Notes: generated by a model not told the origin, from the sequence alone. A DNA stretch of 50,243 nucleotides from Patescibacteria group bacterium UBA6033 (GCA_002429325.1 DIZH01000006.1:1-50243); one strand, 5' to 3'. Shown: positions 1 through 9,230, numbered from the stretch's first letter. Made by a program: numbers and translations.

Positions 1-25
1 TGTCAGGCATGCGAGCATTGTACTT

Positions 26-96
26 GCCCCGCACCAACTTGCAAGCAAGTCTCGATTTCTTTACCAAATACGCTATGGAAAAGTTGGTGCTGGGGC
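26..96. repeat. Inverted-repeat-bounded miniature element (GCCCCGCACCAACTT...AAGTTGGTGCTGGGGC)
   Basis: 15-16 bp terminal inverted repeat with a one-base bulge, read directly. Confidence 0.6.
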
Positions 97-110
97 GCGT
101 CCATTTGTAG

Positions 111-269
111 TACACAAGCCTTTCTGATTTTTTGAGCACATGTCGGCGCGTCCTGCGATGCGCCGCATTCACTCTCGGCTCGCAAATTTCGGCGCAACTG
201 CCCTACAGCGCCAAAATTACCATGCTGCTTCGCCTCCGAGAGTCTCAAGAAATCAGAAAGACTTGCGTA
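111..269. repeat. ~160 bp nested-hairpin element upstream of pth
   Basis: TACACAAGCCTTTCTGATTTTTGAG pairs with CTCAAGAAATCAGAAAGACTTGCGTA; inner stems ACTCTCGG/CCGAGAGT and GGCGCGTC/GATGCGCC. Confidence 0.55.
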
Positions 270-284
270 TGATAGTATTCGGCC

Positions 285-881
285 ATGACACTCGTCATTG
301 TAGGGCTCGGAAATCCAGGAAAAGAGTATGAAAAGACACGACACAACGCTGGCAGAAGCGCAGTGGAGCTTATCACGAAGACTGAAGACTTCGGTGAATT
401 CGTTTTTAATAAAACTTCCAATGCACTCGTGAGCAAAGGCAACGTGGGAGGCGAGACTGCGACCTTGGTGCTGCCCGAAACCATGATGAATCTTTCGGGG
501 AAAGCAGTGGCGACGTTTGTGAAGAGTCCGAAGGCGGCGAAGAGCCTGATTGTGATTCACGACGACCTCGACTTGCCGCTTGGCACTATCAAGATGGCGT
601 TCGGTCGCGGCAGTGGCGGGCACAAAGGCGTCGAGAGTATCATGCGCGCGGTGAAGACGAAAGAATTCGCACGCATTCGTATCGGCATTTCAGCAGCAGG
701 GAAGAAGAATCAGGCGAAGAAAGTGCAGGGCGAAGAGAAAGTCATCAAGATGGTCATCGGAAAATTCAAACCGACTGAAGAGGTTGCAGTAAAAAAAGTG
801 CTCAAGAAAGTCGCTGAAGCGGTGCATCTCTATGCAGAAGAAGGCATCGAGTCTGCGATGCAGTTCGCGAACACTCGCTAA
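285..881 (+). CDS. pth: Peptidyl-tRNA hydrolase
   Basis: IVGLGNPGKEYEKTRHNAG, MMNLSG, HDDLDL and GGHKG motifs. Confidence 0.97.
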   Translation: MTLVIVGLGNPGKEYEKTRHNAGRSAVELITKTEDFGEFVFNKTSNALVSKGNVGGETATLVLPETMMNLSGKAVATFVKSPKAAKSLIVIHDDLDLPLGTIKMAFGRGSGGHKGVESIMRAVKTKEFARIRIGISAAGKKNQAKKVQGEEKVIKMVIGKFKPTEEVAVKKVLKKVAEAVHLYAEEGIESAMQFANTR

Positions 882-883
882 AT

Positions 884-908
884 CACTTGGAAGCTTCGCT
901 TCCAAGTA
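884..908. repeat. 25-bp CACTTGG-N11-CCAAGT(G) palindrome, copy 1
   Basis: CACTTGGAAGCTTCGCTTCCAAGT, identical over 24 bp to 3067-3090. Confidence 0.9.
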
Positions 909-942
909 AAAAAGAACGCGCCCCGCTGATGCTGGGGCGCGT
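908..942 (-). terminator. Intrinsic terminator of the 980-1516 gene
   Basis: ACGCGCCCC/GGGGCGCGT stem followed by a U-tract on the minus strand. Confidence 0.65.
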
Positions 943-979
943 GTGCAGTGGCGACGTCTTTCGTAGGTTCGAATCCCCA

Positions 980-1516
980 TCAATCTCCAGGACGGCAATA
1001 CTCCTTCTTCATCGCAGGGATCGGCTCGACATCGGAAAGCAAATCGTCGAACTTCTGGAGGACTTTCTCATTCTGTCTTCTTGCCTTCCGGAACTCTAGG
1101 ATCTGCCACCGAATCGCACCCATGAGATTTACACTCAGGGTGCGAATGGCTTCCCTATGCCCGACATCGATACCATCGCCTTCAGGGTATTGGAGGTAAA
1201 TTCCGGAATTGACCCCGACTCTTTTCTTGTTGTTTGTGCTGGGTTCAACCAGCACGGCATCAGCGCAAATTCGCTGTTTATCCCCGAGATTGATATTCCA
1301 GTAGAAGGAGATCTTTATGACCTCCACATGACTGGCGACATCGACGATATCCTCCAGTATTGTCTGTGCCGCTTGGAATGCCAAGCGGCTGTTCCGCTTC
1401 GATCTGACGAGCGGCAACCAATGTTCCGGTGACTTCCCGCTATGGGAATCAAAAATCTCGATGCCCGGGTCGATACTGATTTTGGGCATAGCACATAACG
1501 TGAATGTATCTGTCAT
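980..1516 (-). CDS. Hypothetical protein (orphan cassette gene 1)
   Basis: 178 aa ORF, AGGAG upstream of ATG, TTGACG -35 at 1605-1610 on the minus strand, downstream terminator. Confidence 0.65.
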   Translation of the reverse strand: MTDTFTLCAMPKISIDPGIEIFDSHSGKSPEHWLPLVRSKRNSRLAFQAAQTILEDIVDVASHVEVIKISFYWNINLGDKQRICADAVLVEPSTNNKKRVGVNSGIYLQYPEGDGIDVGHREAIRTLSVNLMGAIRWQILEFRKARRQNEKVLQKFDDLLSDVEPIPAMKKEYCRPGD

Positions 1517-1613
1517 TTGAAGGAACTCCTGTGCAGGGTCTCAGACCCTTTTCATTGCTGACCAAACGGCCAGTGAAGGAGAGCTTCACATACTAAACAT
1601 ATCCCGTCAATTT

Positions 1614-1638
1614 CACTTGGCGGCGAAACCCCCAAGTG
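1614..1638. repeat. 25-bp CACTTGG-N11-CCAAGTG palindrome, copy 2
   Basis: CACTTGGCGGCGAAACCCCCAAGTG. Confidence 0.85.
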
Positions 1639-1697
1639 ACGAGATAAAAAAGTTCACCGCATGAGCTAGTCATGCGGCGTAAGGGGTTGCCCCGGGT

Positions 1698-2030
1698 TTA
1701 TTTGTAGGGCATGCAAGCAAGCTTGCCACCCATGTCACGAGGCTTCGTTCCCGGTCGGCAGATTTCATCCATACCGCCGAGAGTAAACCGCTCGTTCGGG
1801 TCGACCTCTACCCGACCGAGCCATGCCGGGAATTTCTTTCCGACTTTGGTCGTGCTGCATTGCAGCAGGGTGACCCACCCGTCCGTCTCCTGCTCGCGAA
1901 GACGGTATCCTCCGCACAGGTCAGCCTCAATCTTCGAGGCCGGATACCCGAACAGGTTCAGGTACGCCGAGTATCCGGCGACGGCACAAACAAGTAGGCC
2001 AACCAGAATCAGAAAACGTTTGATCATCAT
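1698..2030 (-). CDS. Small secreted or membrane-anchored Cys-containing hypothetical protein (orphan cassette gene 2)
   Basis: Hydrophobic N-terminus MMIKRFLILVGLLVCAVAGY, several Cys, GGGGG SD-like site, own promoter. Confidence 0.65.
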   Translation of the reverse strand: MMIKRFLILVGLLVCAVAGYSAYLNLFGYPASKIEADLCGGYRLREQETDGWVTLLQCSTTKVGKKFPAWLGRVEVDPNERFTLGGMDEICRPGTKPRDMGGKLACMPYK

Positions 2031-2063
2031 GACCCCCAAAGTCCAGGAACATTCCTAGTTAGA

Positions 2064-2091
2064 GTTATACTCTTAAGTACAGTATTGTCAA
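2064..2091 (-). promoter_or_regulatory. Sigma70-type promoter TTGACA-N16-TATAAC
   Basis: Near-consensus boxes upstream of the 1698-2030 gene. Confidence 0.7.
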
Positions 2092-2186
2092 TATTTCACT
2101 TGACGATAAAAGCAAACCGCTGGAGAACCAGCGGTGTTGTTTCGAGGGTAGGCGTGTGAACACTTCACTGGTATATCGCGACCATT

Positions 2187-2393
2187 TCAGTTGCCGGAGG
2201 CTTTTCCCCGGGCCAAAAGAAGGCGGATACTTGCTCTCACAGAGTCGTCGTCATTTTCGATTCTCGTAATCTCGGACTCGTGCCACGCAATGACCTTACT
2301 TTCAAGCCGATTATACATATCGGCGTAGCCTGAAGTGAAGGCGAAATTTCCGCGCGGTTTCGGAAGCACTATGAGCAGAAACACAAAGAGCAT
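2187..2393 (-). CDS. Small hypothetical protein (orphan cassette gene 3)
   Basis: 68 aa, hydrophobic N-terminus, AGGAG 6 nt upstream of ATG, downstream hairpin near 2115-2137. Confidence 0.5.
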   Translation of the reverse strand: MLFVFLLIVLPKPRGNFAFTSGYADMYNRLESKVIAWHESEITRIENDDDSVRASIRLLLARGKASGN

Positions 2394-2451
2394 GTCTTTC
2401 TCCTAGAGTGTTAGACATATCAATGTTAGCACGTCCAAAACGTCTAGCGGT

Positions 2452-2476
2452 CACTTGGCGGTCCGACCGCCAAGTG
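2452..2476. repeat. 25-bp CACTTGG-N11-CCAAGTG palindrome, copy 3
   Basis: CACTTGGCGGTCCGACCGCCAAGTG. Confidence 0.9.
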
Positions 2477-2490
2477 AATAGGGTGGGGTA

Positions 2491-2519
2491 TTGACAGATA
2501 GGTTTCTGAATGTTAAATA
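2491..2519 (+). promoter_or_regulatory. Sigma70-type promoter TTGACA-N17-TAAATA
   Basis: Perfect -35 box and TG-extended weak -10 box upstream of the 2578 gene. Confidence 0.6.
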
Positions 2520-2577
2520 AAAGTCTGGCGCGGCTGAAAAGCCGTTTGTACAATCAACTCCCTTGAAGGAGAAACGC

Positions 2578-2922
2578 ATGCGTGGACGAAAGATCGAAAT
2601 AGAGGGTCTGTTCAGTACCTCTCTCGTGTGGCTGGTTGCCGGCTTCGTTGCAGGTTGGATTCCGTTCCTCGGATCCGTCCTCTTGGCCATGGTGACGATG
2701 GCACTGCGGCCAAGCAAATACATCAAAGGCATGAAGACTGTCAGTGCACTGTGGATGCTGTTTGCATCCGCGGGTGCATACCTCTCGGCGTACTTGGCCT
2801 CTCATGAGCGGGTCCTGGCGGGGCTACAAGTATCTGTCTATCTCATTTCTTGCGGCGCCCTGTGGTGCTACGAGCGGTACGGGGATTTCTTCAAGAAGAG
2901 AATTGAAAGGAGGGTCGAGTAA
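2578..2922 (+). CDS. Hypothetical multi-pass membrane protein (orphan cassette gene 4)
   Basis: AAGGAG SD before ATG 2578; about 4 hydrophobic segments. Confidence 0.7.
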   Translation: MRGRKIEIEGLFSTSLVWLVAGFVAGWIPFLGSVLLAMVTMALRPSKYIKGMKTVSALWMLFASAGAYLSAYLASHERVLAGLQVSVYLISCGALWCYERYGDFFKKRIERRVE

Positions 2923-2979
2923 GCCGCTGTCGGCAAGACACAGAATCGCTGTGCTCGCTGGGGCGGCTTTTCTGTTTTT

Positions 2980-3023
2980 ATAGTAAACACCACGCGCCGC
3001 CTCTGGCGCCGCGTGGTGTTTGT
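2980..3023. repeat. 44-bp palindromic repeat AAACACCACG...CGTGGTGTTT, copy 1
   Basis: Inverted copy with 3 mismatches at 3774-3817. Confidence 0.85.
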
Positions 3024-3029
3024 GTCTGT

Positions 3030-3054
3030 CACTTGGAGGCGAGGCCTCCAAGTG
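3030..3054. repeat. 25-bp CACTTGG-N11-CCAAGTG palindrome, copy 4
   Basis: CACTTGGAGGCGAGGCCTCCAAGTG. Confidence 0.9.
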
Positions 3055-3066
3055 AACTCGTTAGAC

Positions 3067-3091
3067 CACTTGGAAGCTTCGCTTCCAAGTG
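3067..3091. repeat. 25-bp CACTTGG-N11-CCAAGTG palindrome, copy 5
   Basis: CACTTGGAAGCTTCGCTTCCAAGTG. Confidence 0.9.
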
Positions 3092-3145
3092 AAAAGAAGA
3101 AACCCGCGCAGGGCGGGTTTCAAAGGGACAGAGCAGGCTCGTTCT

Positions 3146-3688
3146 TCAGGCCGATTGGGTTCGGCCGGTGAAGATCCTCTCCAGGGCGCTCATGAGCCAG
3201 ATCAGACCGAGGGCGGAAGCCAACCACAGGATTAACGTGATGCTCGCCGCCAGTCCCGTTGAAGAATAGAAGGGTCCGTTGGACCTCACTACCTTCCCGT
3301 GCTGGCGCACTTCGGCGATGAACTGCTGCTGGTCGGCCACCGATGTCGCGGCGGAAGTCCAGGCGCGCAGGCGCCGCAACTCGCCCAGCTTCGTCGGATC
3401 ATCCTCGCCGATGGCGTTGTACGTCATCGCCATATGCTCGAGCTTCTCGGCGATGAGTGGCTTGTTGAAGAACCACTCGGCGTTCACGGATGCGACGAAC
3501 TCGTCGGCTGCTGCGACGTTCGCTGCATAGAGTTGCACCACCGGCGACGTGATGTGGCCGTATAGCCAGAAGCTGAAGAAACAGGTGGGGAGCACTAGTG
3601 TGAGCAGCAACCCCCAGATGTTGTTGATGAAGTGGTAAAGCTTGCGTGCGCGTACGCGCTTCAAGATTTCGCGATCAACTGCGGCCAT
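3146..3688 (-). CDS. Hypothetical two-TM membrane protein (orphan cassette gene 5)
   Basis: 180 aa with N- and C-terminal hydrophobic helices, AGGGGG SD, terminator at 3100-3120. Confidence 0.75.
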   Translation of the reverse strand: MAAVDREILKRVRARKLYHFINNIWGLLLTLVLPTCFFSFWLYGHITSPVVQLYAANVAAADEFVASVNAEWFFNKPLIAEKLEHMAMTYNAIGEDDPTKLGELRRLRAWTSAATSVADQQQFIAEVRQHGKVVRSNGPFYSSTGLAASITLILWLASALGLIWLMSALERIFTGRTQSA

Positions 3689-3740
3689 GATGACCCCCTG
3701 TCAGGTTGGTTGGCGCCCTTTCGAAGATCAGGCTAACGAA

Positions 3741-3769
3741 AATCTAATACGTATAAGGCAATGTGTCAA
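3741..3769 (-). promoter_or_regulatory. Sigma70-type promoter TTGACA-N17-TAGATT
   Basis: Near-consensus boxes upstream of the 3146-3688 gene. Confidence 0.7.
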
Positions 3770-3773
3770 TCTG

Positions 3774-3817
3774 ACAAACACCACGTGGCGCCAGAGGCGC
3801 CACGTGGTGTTTACTAT
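3774..3817. repeat. 44-bp palindromic repeat AAACACCACG...CGTGGTGTTT, copy 2 (inverted)
   Basis: Reverse complement matches 2980-3023 with 3 mismatches. Confidence 0.85.
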
Positions 3818-3832
3818 TGAATTCGGAAAGCC

Positions 3833-4966
3833 TTACGCTTTCTTTTTTCCCGCATAGGTCAGCGTCATCCGCTGATCTTTCGGCTCGAAGAGTGCGATAG
3901 AGAACGGATACGTCTTGCCGAGCTCGAGCGTCTCGCGGAGCTCTTGCGGTGAAGCGAATTCGCTCACATGCACGAGACCAGCGACGCCTTCCTCGATAGA
4001 GGCGAGTGCACCGTGCTTGTTGTACTTGATGACAACGCCCGGCACTTCCATACCTTTCTTGTAGCGATCTGCGGCAGTGTGCCATGGATTTTCCTTGAGT
4101 GCCTTGATGGAGAGCGACACTTTGCCGTCCTTTATTTCAATGACCTTCACGCGTACTTTGTCGCCGACAGCGAAGAGCGTATGAGGATCTTCAACGAGAC
4201 CCCAATCGAGTTCGCTGATATGCACGAGGCCTTCGAGACCTTGCTCGAGCTTCACGAACACGCCGAAGTCGACGATGCCCGTTACTTCGCCCTCGACAGC
4301 GTCACCCACGTGGTACTTATCAATGAGCGATGCTTTCTCTTCTGACTCATTACCGACGCGCTCAGAGAAAATGAGCTTACCTTCCTTCGCATCAGCAGTG
4401 ATGATACGCACCGAGAGCGGATGGCCGATAAGCTGCATGAGTTCGCCGAGTATCTTGTCCTTGTCGCCTTCCGGTACGCGCGGATAGTGCTCATTCGCGA
4501 GCTGCGATGCTGGGAGGAAACCCTGGATGCCTTGCCACGAGAGGATGAGGCCTCCTTTGTTCGCTTCCTCAACGACGAGTGAGTATGGCGTCTGTGCGAC
4601 GATAGCAATCTCAGCTTCGCCCCAGATAGCCGCCTGACGCGCTTCCTTGAGAGAGAGCTCGATATAGCCATCGCGCCCAGCTGGGTCGACGACTTTCGCA
4701 CTGATCATATCGCCAGGATTTGCCTTGCGCAGGACGTCTGCGGCGTTGAGGTATTCGCGGCCGTAGATAAGACCGCTACCGAATGGTGGCAGGTCGACAT
4801 AGACGCGGCCGCGGCTGATAGCGATGATGGTGCCCTCCACAAGGTCGCCAAACGAGGGCGGCGTCGGGATGGAATCAATGAGGCCCGCCATTGGATGGCC
4901 TTCGCTCAAATGAATGGTCGCCACCGGAGCAACGACTTTCGGCTTCGTCGAAATCTCTTCAGACAT
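3833..4966 (-). CDS. rpsA: 30S ribosomal protein S1 (4 S1 domains)
   Basis: Repeated S1 motifs (DFGVFVKLEQGLEGLVHISEL, GFLPASQL); start placed at MSEEIST. Confidence 0.9.
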   Translation of the reverse strand: MSEEISTKPKVVAPVATIHLSEGHPMAGLIDSIPTPPSFGDLVEGTIIAISRGRVYVDLPPFGSGLIYGREYLNAADVLRKANPGDMISAKVVDPAGRDGYIELSLKEARQAAIWGEAEIAIVAQTPYSLVVEEANKGGLILSWQGIQGFLPASQLANEHYPRVPEGDKDKILGELMQLIGHPLSVRIITADAKEGKLIFSERVGNESEEKASLIDKYHVGDAVEGEVTGIVDFGVFVKLEQGLEGLVHISELDWGLVEDPHTLFAVGDKVRVKVIEIKDGKVSLSIKALKENPWHTAADRYKKGMEVPGVVIKYNKHGALASIEEGVAGLVHVSEFASPQELRETLELGKTYPFSIALFEPKDQRMTLTYAGKKKA

Positions 4967-5102
4967 ATTATATATAAGTGGTGCTGATTTTCGCGAAGGG
5001 TACTGAAACCTTGCGGTTTCCAGGGTTAACGTCTTGCTACTTCTCTCGCACGCAACAGGTCGACTATAGCAAATACTGTCGAAAAATGCTAGAATATGAG
5101 CA

Positions 5103-5744
5103 ATGGTTATCACGCATCACGGCGGGCAATGTTTCAAGGTGACCCTGGGGGATTTGACGCTCGTTTTTGACCCAATCTCCAAAAATGCCACTCTCCCATC
5201 CGTCCGATTTGGCGCAGATATTGCGCTCGTTTCGCGCAATCATCCCGACATGAACGGCGTCGACGAGGTGACGTATGGTGAGAAAGTACCGTTTGTCGTA
5301 GAGGGTCCTGGCGAGTACGAACGGCAAGGAGTGGTCATCCAAGGATTCCTTTCCAAGAGCAAGTATGGTCTTTCCAAAGGACAGGAGGAAGCCGTGAATA
5401 CGATTTACGCAGTTGATCTCGAAGACATGACACTCGTGCATTTGGGTGCGCTTGCCGACACCGAGCTCTCGAAGGAAGCGCGAGAAGGCATTGGTGAGAT
5501 AGATGTGCTCTTCGTACCTGTGGGAAATGATGGCGTGCTTACCGCCGCAAAAGCGCACGAGCTCGCAGTATCACTTGAACCGAAGATCATCATTCCGATG
5601 CACTGGAGTGGTATGGGAGAATCGAAGTCGCTCGAAGCGTTCCTCAAGGATGCAGGGAATGGCAGCGAGAAAGTCGATAAACTCACACTGAAGAAGAAGG
5701 ACCTTATCGGTCGCGATGGGAGTATACTAGTACTAACGCCCTAA
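5103..5744 (+). CDS. MBL-fold metallo-hydrolase
   Basis: HGGQCFKV, DP, degenerate SRNHPDMN motif, HLG, LFVPVG, IIPMH. Confidence 0.8.
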   Translation: MVITHHGGQCFKVTLGDLTLVFDPISKNATLPSVRFGADIALVSRNHPDMNGVDEVTYGEKVPFVVEGPGEYERQGVVIQGFLSKSKYGLSKGQEEAVNTIYAVDLEDMTLVHLGALADTELSKEAREGIGEIDVLFVPVGNDGVLTAAKAHELAVSLEPKIIIPMHWSGMGESKSLEAFLKDAGNGSEKVDKLTLKKKDLIGRDGSILVLTP

Positions 5745-5750
5745 TACAGT

Positions 5751-6104
5751 ATGAAAAGTGTCTTTGAACATATTGACTACGTAAAAGGAAAGCCACATCA
5801 CGTCCGCCGCCGCGTCGCGGTCGGCGCAGCTGCGTTCGGCAGTGCGCTTATCGCAATCGTCTGGATTGCAGTGAGCTCGATGACTGGCGCTTTTGCTATT
5901 CAGGGAAGCTCGTTCGCGATGAGTACGGGCGAGAATGGCGCTGTCGCGACCACGAGTGCTTCCAACAGTCCACAAGGGCTTGCGGGCGCAGCGGCCGCAC
6001 TACCGGATACATCAGCTTCGGCGCCCGCGCATATCGAAATCGTCGATACCACACCGGCCAGTGCACCGGCCAAGAAGTCAGATCAAACGATCTTGCCGTT
6101 TTAG
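5751..6104 (+). CDS. Hypothetical single-TM protein
   Basis: KPHHVRRR followed by a TM helix and an Ala/Ser/Thr-rich tail; closely spaced before gyrA. Confidence 0.75.
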   Translation: MKSVFEHIDYVKGKPHHVRRRVAVGAAAFGSALIAIVWIAVSSMTGAFAIQGSSFAMSTGENGAVATTSASNSPQGLAGAAAALPDTSASAPAHIEIVDTTPASAPAKKSDQTILPF

Positions 6105-6117
6105 TTAGGTACTCATC

Positions 6118-8610
6118 ATGGCACGCGGCAAAGAGGATAAGGGAGGAGAAGTGGTACCAGTGGTGGCGAACGTCATTACGCAGCCTATTGTCGCTGAGAT
6201 GCGCCAGTCGTATATCGACTACGCCATGACCGTCATCACGGCGCGCGCGTTGCCTGATGTGCGCGATGGATTGAAGCCGGTGCATCGCCGCATCCTCTAC
6301 GCGATGAAAGACATGGGGCTCGTGCCAGGCGCCAAGTTCCGCAAGAGCGCGACCGTCGTCGGCGAGGTGCTCGGTAAGTATCACCCGCACGGCGATGTCG
6401 CCGTGTACGACACGATGGCGAAGATGGCGCAGCCCTTCAATTATCGCTATCCGCTCGTGCTCGGTCAGGGGAATTTCGGCTCCATCGACGGCGACAGTCC
6501 GGCAGCGATGCGTTACACCGAGGCGAAGATGTCGCGCACCGCAGACGCGATTCTCGCTGATCTCGAGAAAGAGACGGTCGAATGGCTACCGAACTATGAC
6601 GCGACTCGCGAAGAGCCGAAAGTGCTCCCGGCGGCGCTCCCGAACCTGCTTCTCAACGGCACGCTTGGCATCGCCGTCGGTATGGCGACCAACATTCCGC
6701 CGCACAATCTCCGCGAAGTGGTGACGGCAACCATTCATCTCATCGAGAATCCGGAGGCCACAACCGACGACCTGCTCCAGTTCGTGAAAGGTCCCGATTT
6801 CCCAATGGGCGGCGTCGCTTTCAATACTGCAGATATCAAACATGCCTACTCGACTGGGCGCGGACCGGTCGTGGTGCGCGGCGAAGCCGAGATAGTCGAC
6901 GATGGGAAGAAAGATACGCGTATCATCATCACGTCGATACCGTATCGAGTGAACAAAGCCGAGCTCATCGTGCGCATCGCCGAGCTCGTGCAGGATAAAA
7001 AGATAGAGGGCATCCGCGATTTGCGCGATGAGTCGGCCGGCGACTCTCGCGGCATGCCGGACGTGCGCATCGTCGTCGAGCTCAAGGGCACGGCGCATCC
7101 GCAGGCGGTCCTCAATAATCTCTATAAATACACGCAGCTCGAGGACTCGTTCCACTACAACATGCTCGCCTTGGTCGATGGCGTGCCGGAGATGCTTTCC
7201 TTGCAGGGAATGCTCCATCATTTTGTAAATCATCGCCAGGAGGTCGTGAAGCGCCGCACTGAGTTCGATCTGCGCCAGGCTGAAGCGCGCGAGCATATCC
7301 TGCTCGGTCTCTGCAAAGCGCTCGACCATATCGACGAGGTCATCGCCATCATCAAGAAAGCAGCCGATGTGCCGTCCGCAAGCGTTGCTCTCCAGAAAAA
7401 GTTCGGATTTTCCGTTCTCCAGGCAGCCGCCATTCTCGAAATGCGCCTGTCGAAGCTCGCCGGCCTCGAGCGCAAGAAGCTCGAAGACGAGCTCTCCGAA
7501 GTGCAGACTCTCATCAAGAAACTGAAGGACATTCTCTCCTCGCCGAAGAAGATTCTTGCCGTCGTGAAGAAAGAACTCGAAGAGCTCATGGAGAAATATG
7601 GCGACGATCGCCGCACGCGCATCGTGAAGGGCGGCGTGCAGAATATTTCTGTCGAGGACCTCGTGCCAGACGAGGAGTCGATGCTGCTTCTCACCCAGGG
7701 CGGCTACGTGAAGCGTACGAACCCGAACGAGTACAAGAGCCAGAAGCGCGGTGGCGTGGGCGTTGTCGATATTGCGACGAAAGAGGAAGACATCGTGACG
7801 CACTTCCTCGTGACGAGCGCGCACAGTGACCTTTTGTTCTTCACTGATTTCGGCAAAGCGTATCAGATAAAGATGTACGAACTTCCGGAAGGGAAGCGTG
7901 CGACCAAGGGCAAGAGCATCATGAACTTCCTCTCGCTCGCTGCCGATGAGAAGGTGACTTCGATATTGCCAGTGCCGAAGGGCGCGGCGCTCGATGCATC
8001 GTCAGTCGTTTTCGTAACTGAAGAAGGTGTGGTGAAGCGCGTCGCGGCAAAAGCATTCGCGGATGTGCGCCGCTCCGGCATCATCGCTATCAATTTGAAG
8101 AAAGGCGACAAACTCGTTTCTGCGAATCATTCGTCCGAGGGCGATAGCGTGTCTATCGTGACCTCAAAGGGCCAGTCCATCCGCTTCGATGTCGAGGATG
8201 CTCGCGAGATGGGTCGTACTGCTGGCGGCGTACGCGGCATGAGCGTGAAGAAGGGCGATCGCGTGGTCTCAGCCGAGGTCATTCCTGCGCTTGAGGCAAA
8301 GGACGCATCGCTGCTTGTCATCATGAGCAAGGGCTACGGCAAGCGCACCAAGATGTCTGAATATAAAGTGCAGGGTCGCGGCGGCTCCGGCATCAAGACG
8401 GCAGAAGTCACACCAAAGACTGGCGAGATTATCGGCGCGAAAGTTGTCTCCGGCAATGTCGAAGACGAAGAGATAGTCGTCGTCTCGAAGAAAGGGCAGG
8501 TGATTCGCACCTCGGTTTCCTCTATCTCGCTCCTTTCGCGCGCAACGCAGGGCGTCCGCATCATGAAGATGCGGGAGGGGGACTCTATCGCAAGCATGGC
8601 CGCTCTGTAG
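6118..8610 (+). CDS. gyrA: DNA gyrase subunit A
   Basis: [29 protein letters not shown], GyrA-box QKRGGVG and beta-pinwheel repeats. Confidence 0.98.
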   Translation: MARGKEDKGGEVVPVVANVITQPIVAEMRQSYIDYAMTVITARALPDVRDGLKPVHRRILYAMKDMGLVPGAKFRKSATVVGEVLGKYHPHGDVAVYDTMAKMAQPFNYRYPLVLGQGNFGSIDGDSPAAMRYTEAKMSRTADAILADLEKETVEWLPNYDATREEPKVLPAALPNLLLNGTLGIAVGMATNIPPHNLREVVTATIHLIENPEATTDDLLQFVKGPDFPMGGVAFNTADIKHAYSTGRGPVVVRGEAEIVDDGKKDTRIIITSIPYRVNKAELIVRIAELVQDKKIEGIRDLRDESAGDSRGMPDVRIVVELKGTAHPQAVLNNLYKYTQLEDSFHYNMLALVDGVPEMLSLQGMLHHFVNHRQEVVKRRTEFDLRQAEAREHILLGLCKALDHIDEVIAIIKKAADVPSASVALQKKFGFSVLQAAAILEMRLSKLAGLERKKLEDELSEVQTLIKKLKDILSSPKKILAVVKKELEELMEKYGDDRRTRIVKGGVQNISVEDLVPDEESMLLLTQGGYVKRTNPNEYKSQKRGGVGVVDIATKEEDIVTHFLVTSAHSDLLFFTDFGKAYQIKMYELPEGKRATKGKSIMNFLSLAADEKVTSILPVPKGAALDASSVVFVTEEGVVKRVAAKAFADVRRSGIIAINLKKGDKLVSANHSSEGDSVSIVTSKGQSIRFDVEDAREMGRTAGGVRGMSVKKGDRVVSAEVIPALEAKDASLLVIMSKGYGKRTKMSEYKVQGRGGSGIKTAEVTPKTGEIIGAKVVSGNVEDEEIVVVSKKGQVIRTSVSSISLLSRATQGVRIMKMREGDSIASMAAL

Positions 8611-8733
8611 GCGAGCGCACCAAAAGTCTCATCTACTGCGTTGCTCGCTCCGGCGCTATCTCACCGTACCTTTGTACGGCTCGCTTCGCTCCTCACTCGC
8701 GCCTTGCATCTAGGAGTTTTTTGAGGCGCTCGC
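8611..8733. repeat. ~123-bp structured intergenic repeat, copy 1
   Basis: GCGAGCGC/GCGCTCGC closing stem; CATCTACTGCGTT...CGTAC-N-GTACG...GCCTTGCATCT shared with the copies at 35064 and 37342. Confidence 0.75.
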
Positions 8734-8753
8734 TGCGGAGGTATACTTGAGGG

Positions 8754-9230
8754 ATGGTCCCTTATCGTTTCAGTCCAATACAGTCGAAAGATAAACTGCT
8801 TGAAGCAATAAAATATGTTACAACCCAGGTTACTCTGCTTGCAGAGAAATGTGTAGGAGTTTCTCTAGTGACAGAATCGCTCACAATCTTTTCTCATGAC
8901 CCCCAAGAGTTTGCTCGCCTTTGCGAGATGGCTAATGACTTAGGGGAACCGTATAACGAAAACAACGGACCACGTGTAAAACTTAAAGAAGCAATCGCAG
9001 TGGGCGCAAGTACGGTTAGATTTGTTCGCATACGTAAACCTGACCCAGACCGTCCACAGGTCGGTTGCGCTGATTTTAATGTCGGCGATTACTTCGATTT
9101 CAAGACTCGATTCTTAGCATATATTGCTTCGCACGTTATAAAGCGTCCAGAATACGAAATGATTGAATTCTCAGATCCTGATTTTGATGTGCTCGCTTAC
9201 GCAGTATCGCCAGTTCTAAGTCCTAGCTAG
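8754..9230 (+). CDS. Hypothetical protein
   Basis: 158 aa ORF with TATACT 6 nt upstream of ATG. Confidence 0.7.
   Translation: MVPYRFSPIQSKDKLLEAIKYVTTQVTLLAEKCVGVSLVTESLTIFSHDPQEFARLCEMANDLGEPYNENNGPRVKLKEAIAVGASTVRFVRIRKPDPDRPQVGCADFNVGDYFDFKTRFLAYIASHVIKRPEYEMIEFSDPDFDVLAYAVSPVLSPS

Noticed and set aside
2408-2450. Further degenerate CCGTTAGA-TIR element (GTGTTAGACAT...ACGTCTAGCGG)
   Set aside because: Too many mismatches and no flanking duplication.
884-3091. CRISPR array or classical integron attC array
   Set aside because: Spacing is gene-sized and irregular, repeat cores vary, there are no RYYYAAC/GTTRRRY ends, and no cas or intI gene is present.
7033-7062. Palindromic insertion in gyrA (AGDSRGMP)
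   Set aside because: Only a short CCGGC/GCCGG stem with no second copy; cannot be supported without an alignment.
6586-7824. Long antisense ORFs opposite gyrA (similar ones opposite clpB, topA, serS, parB)
   Set aside because: Shadow ORFs expected from GC-rich codon usage on the coding strand.
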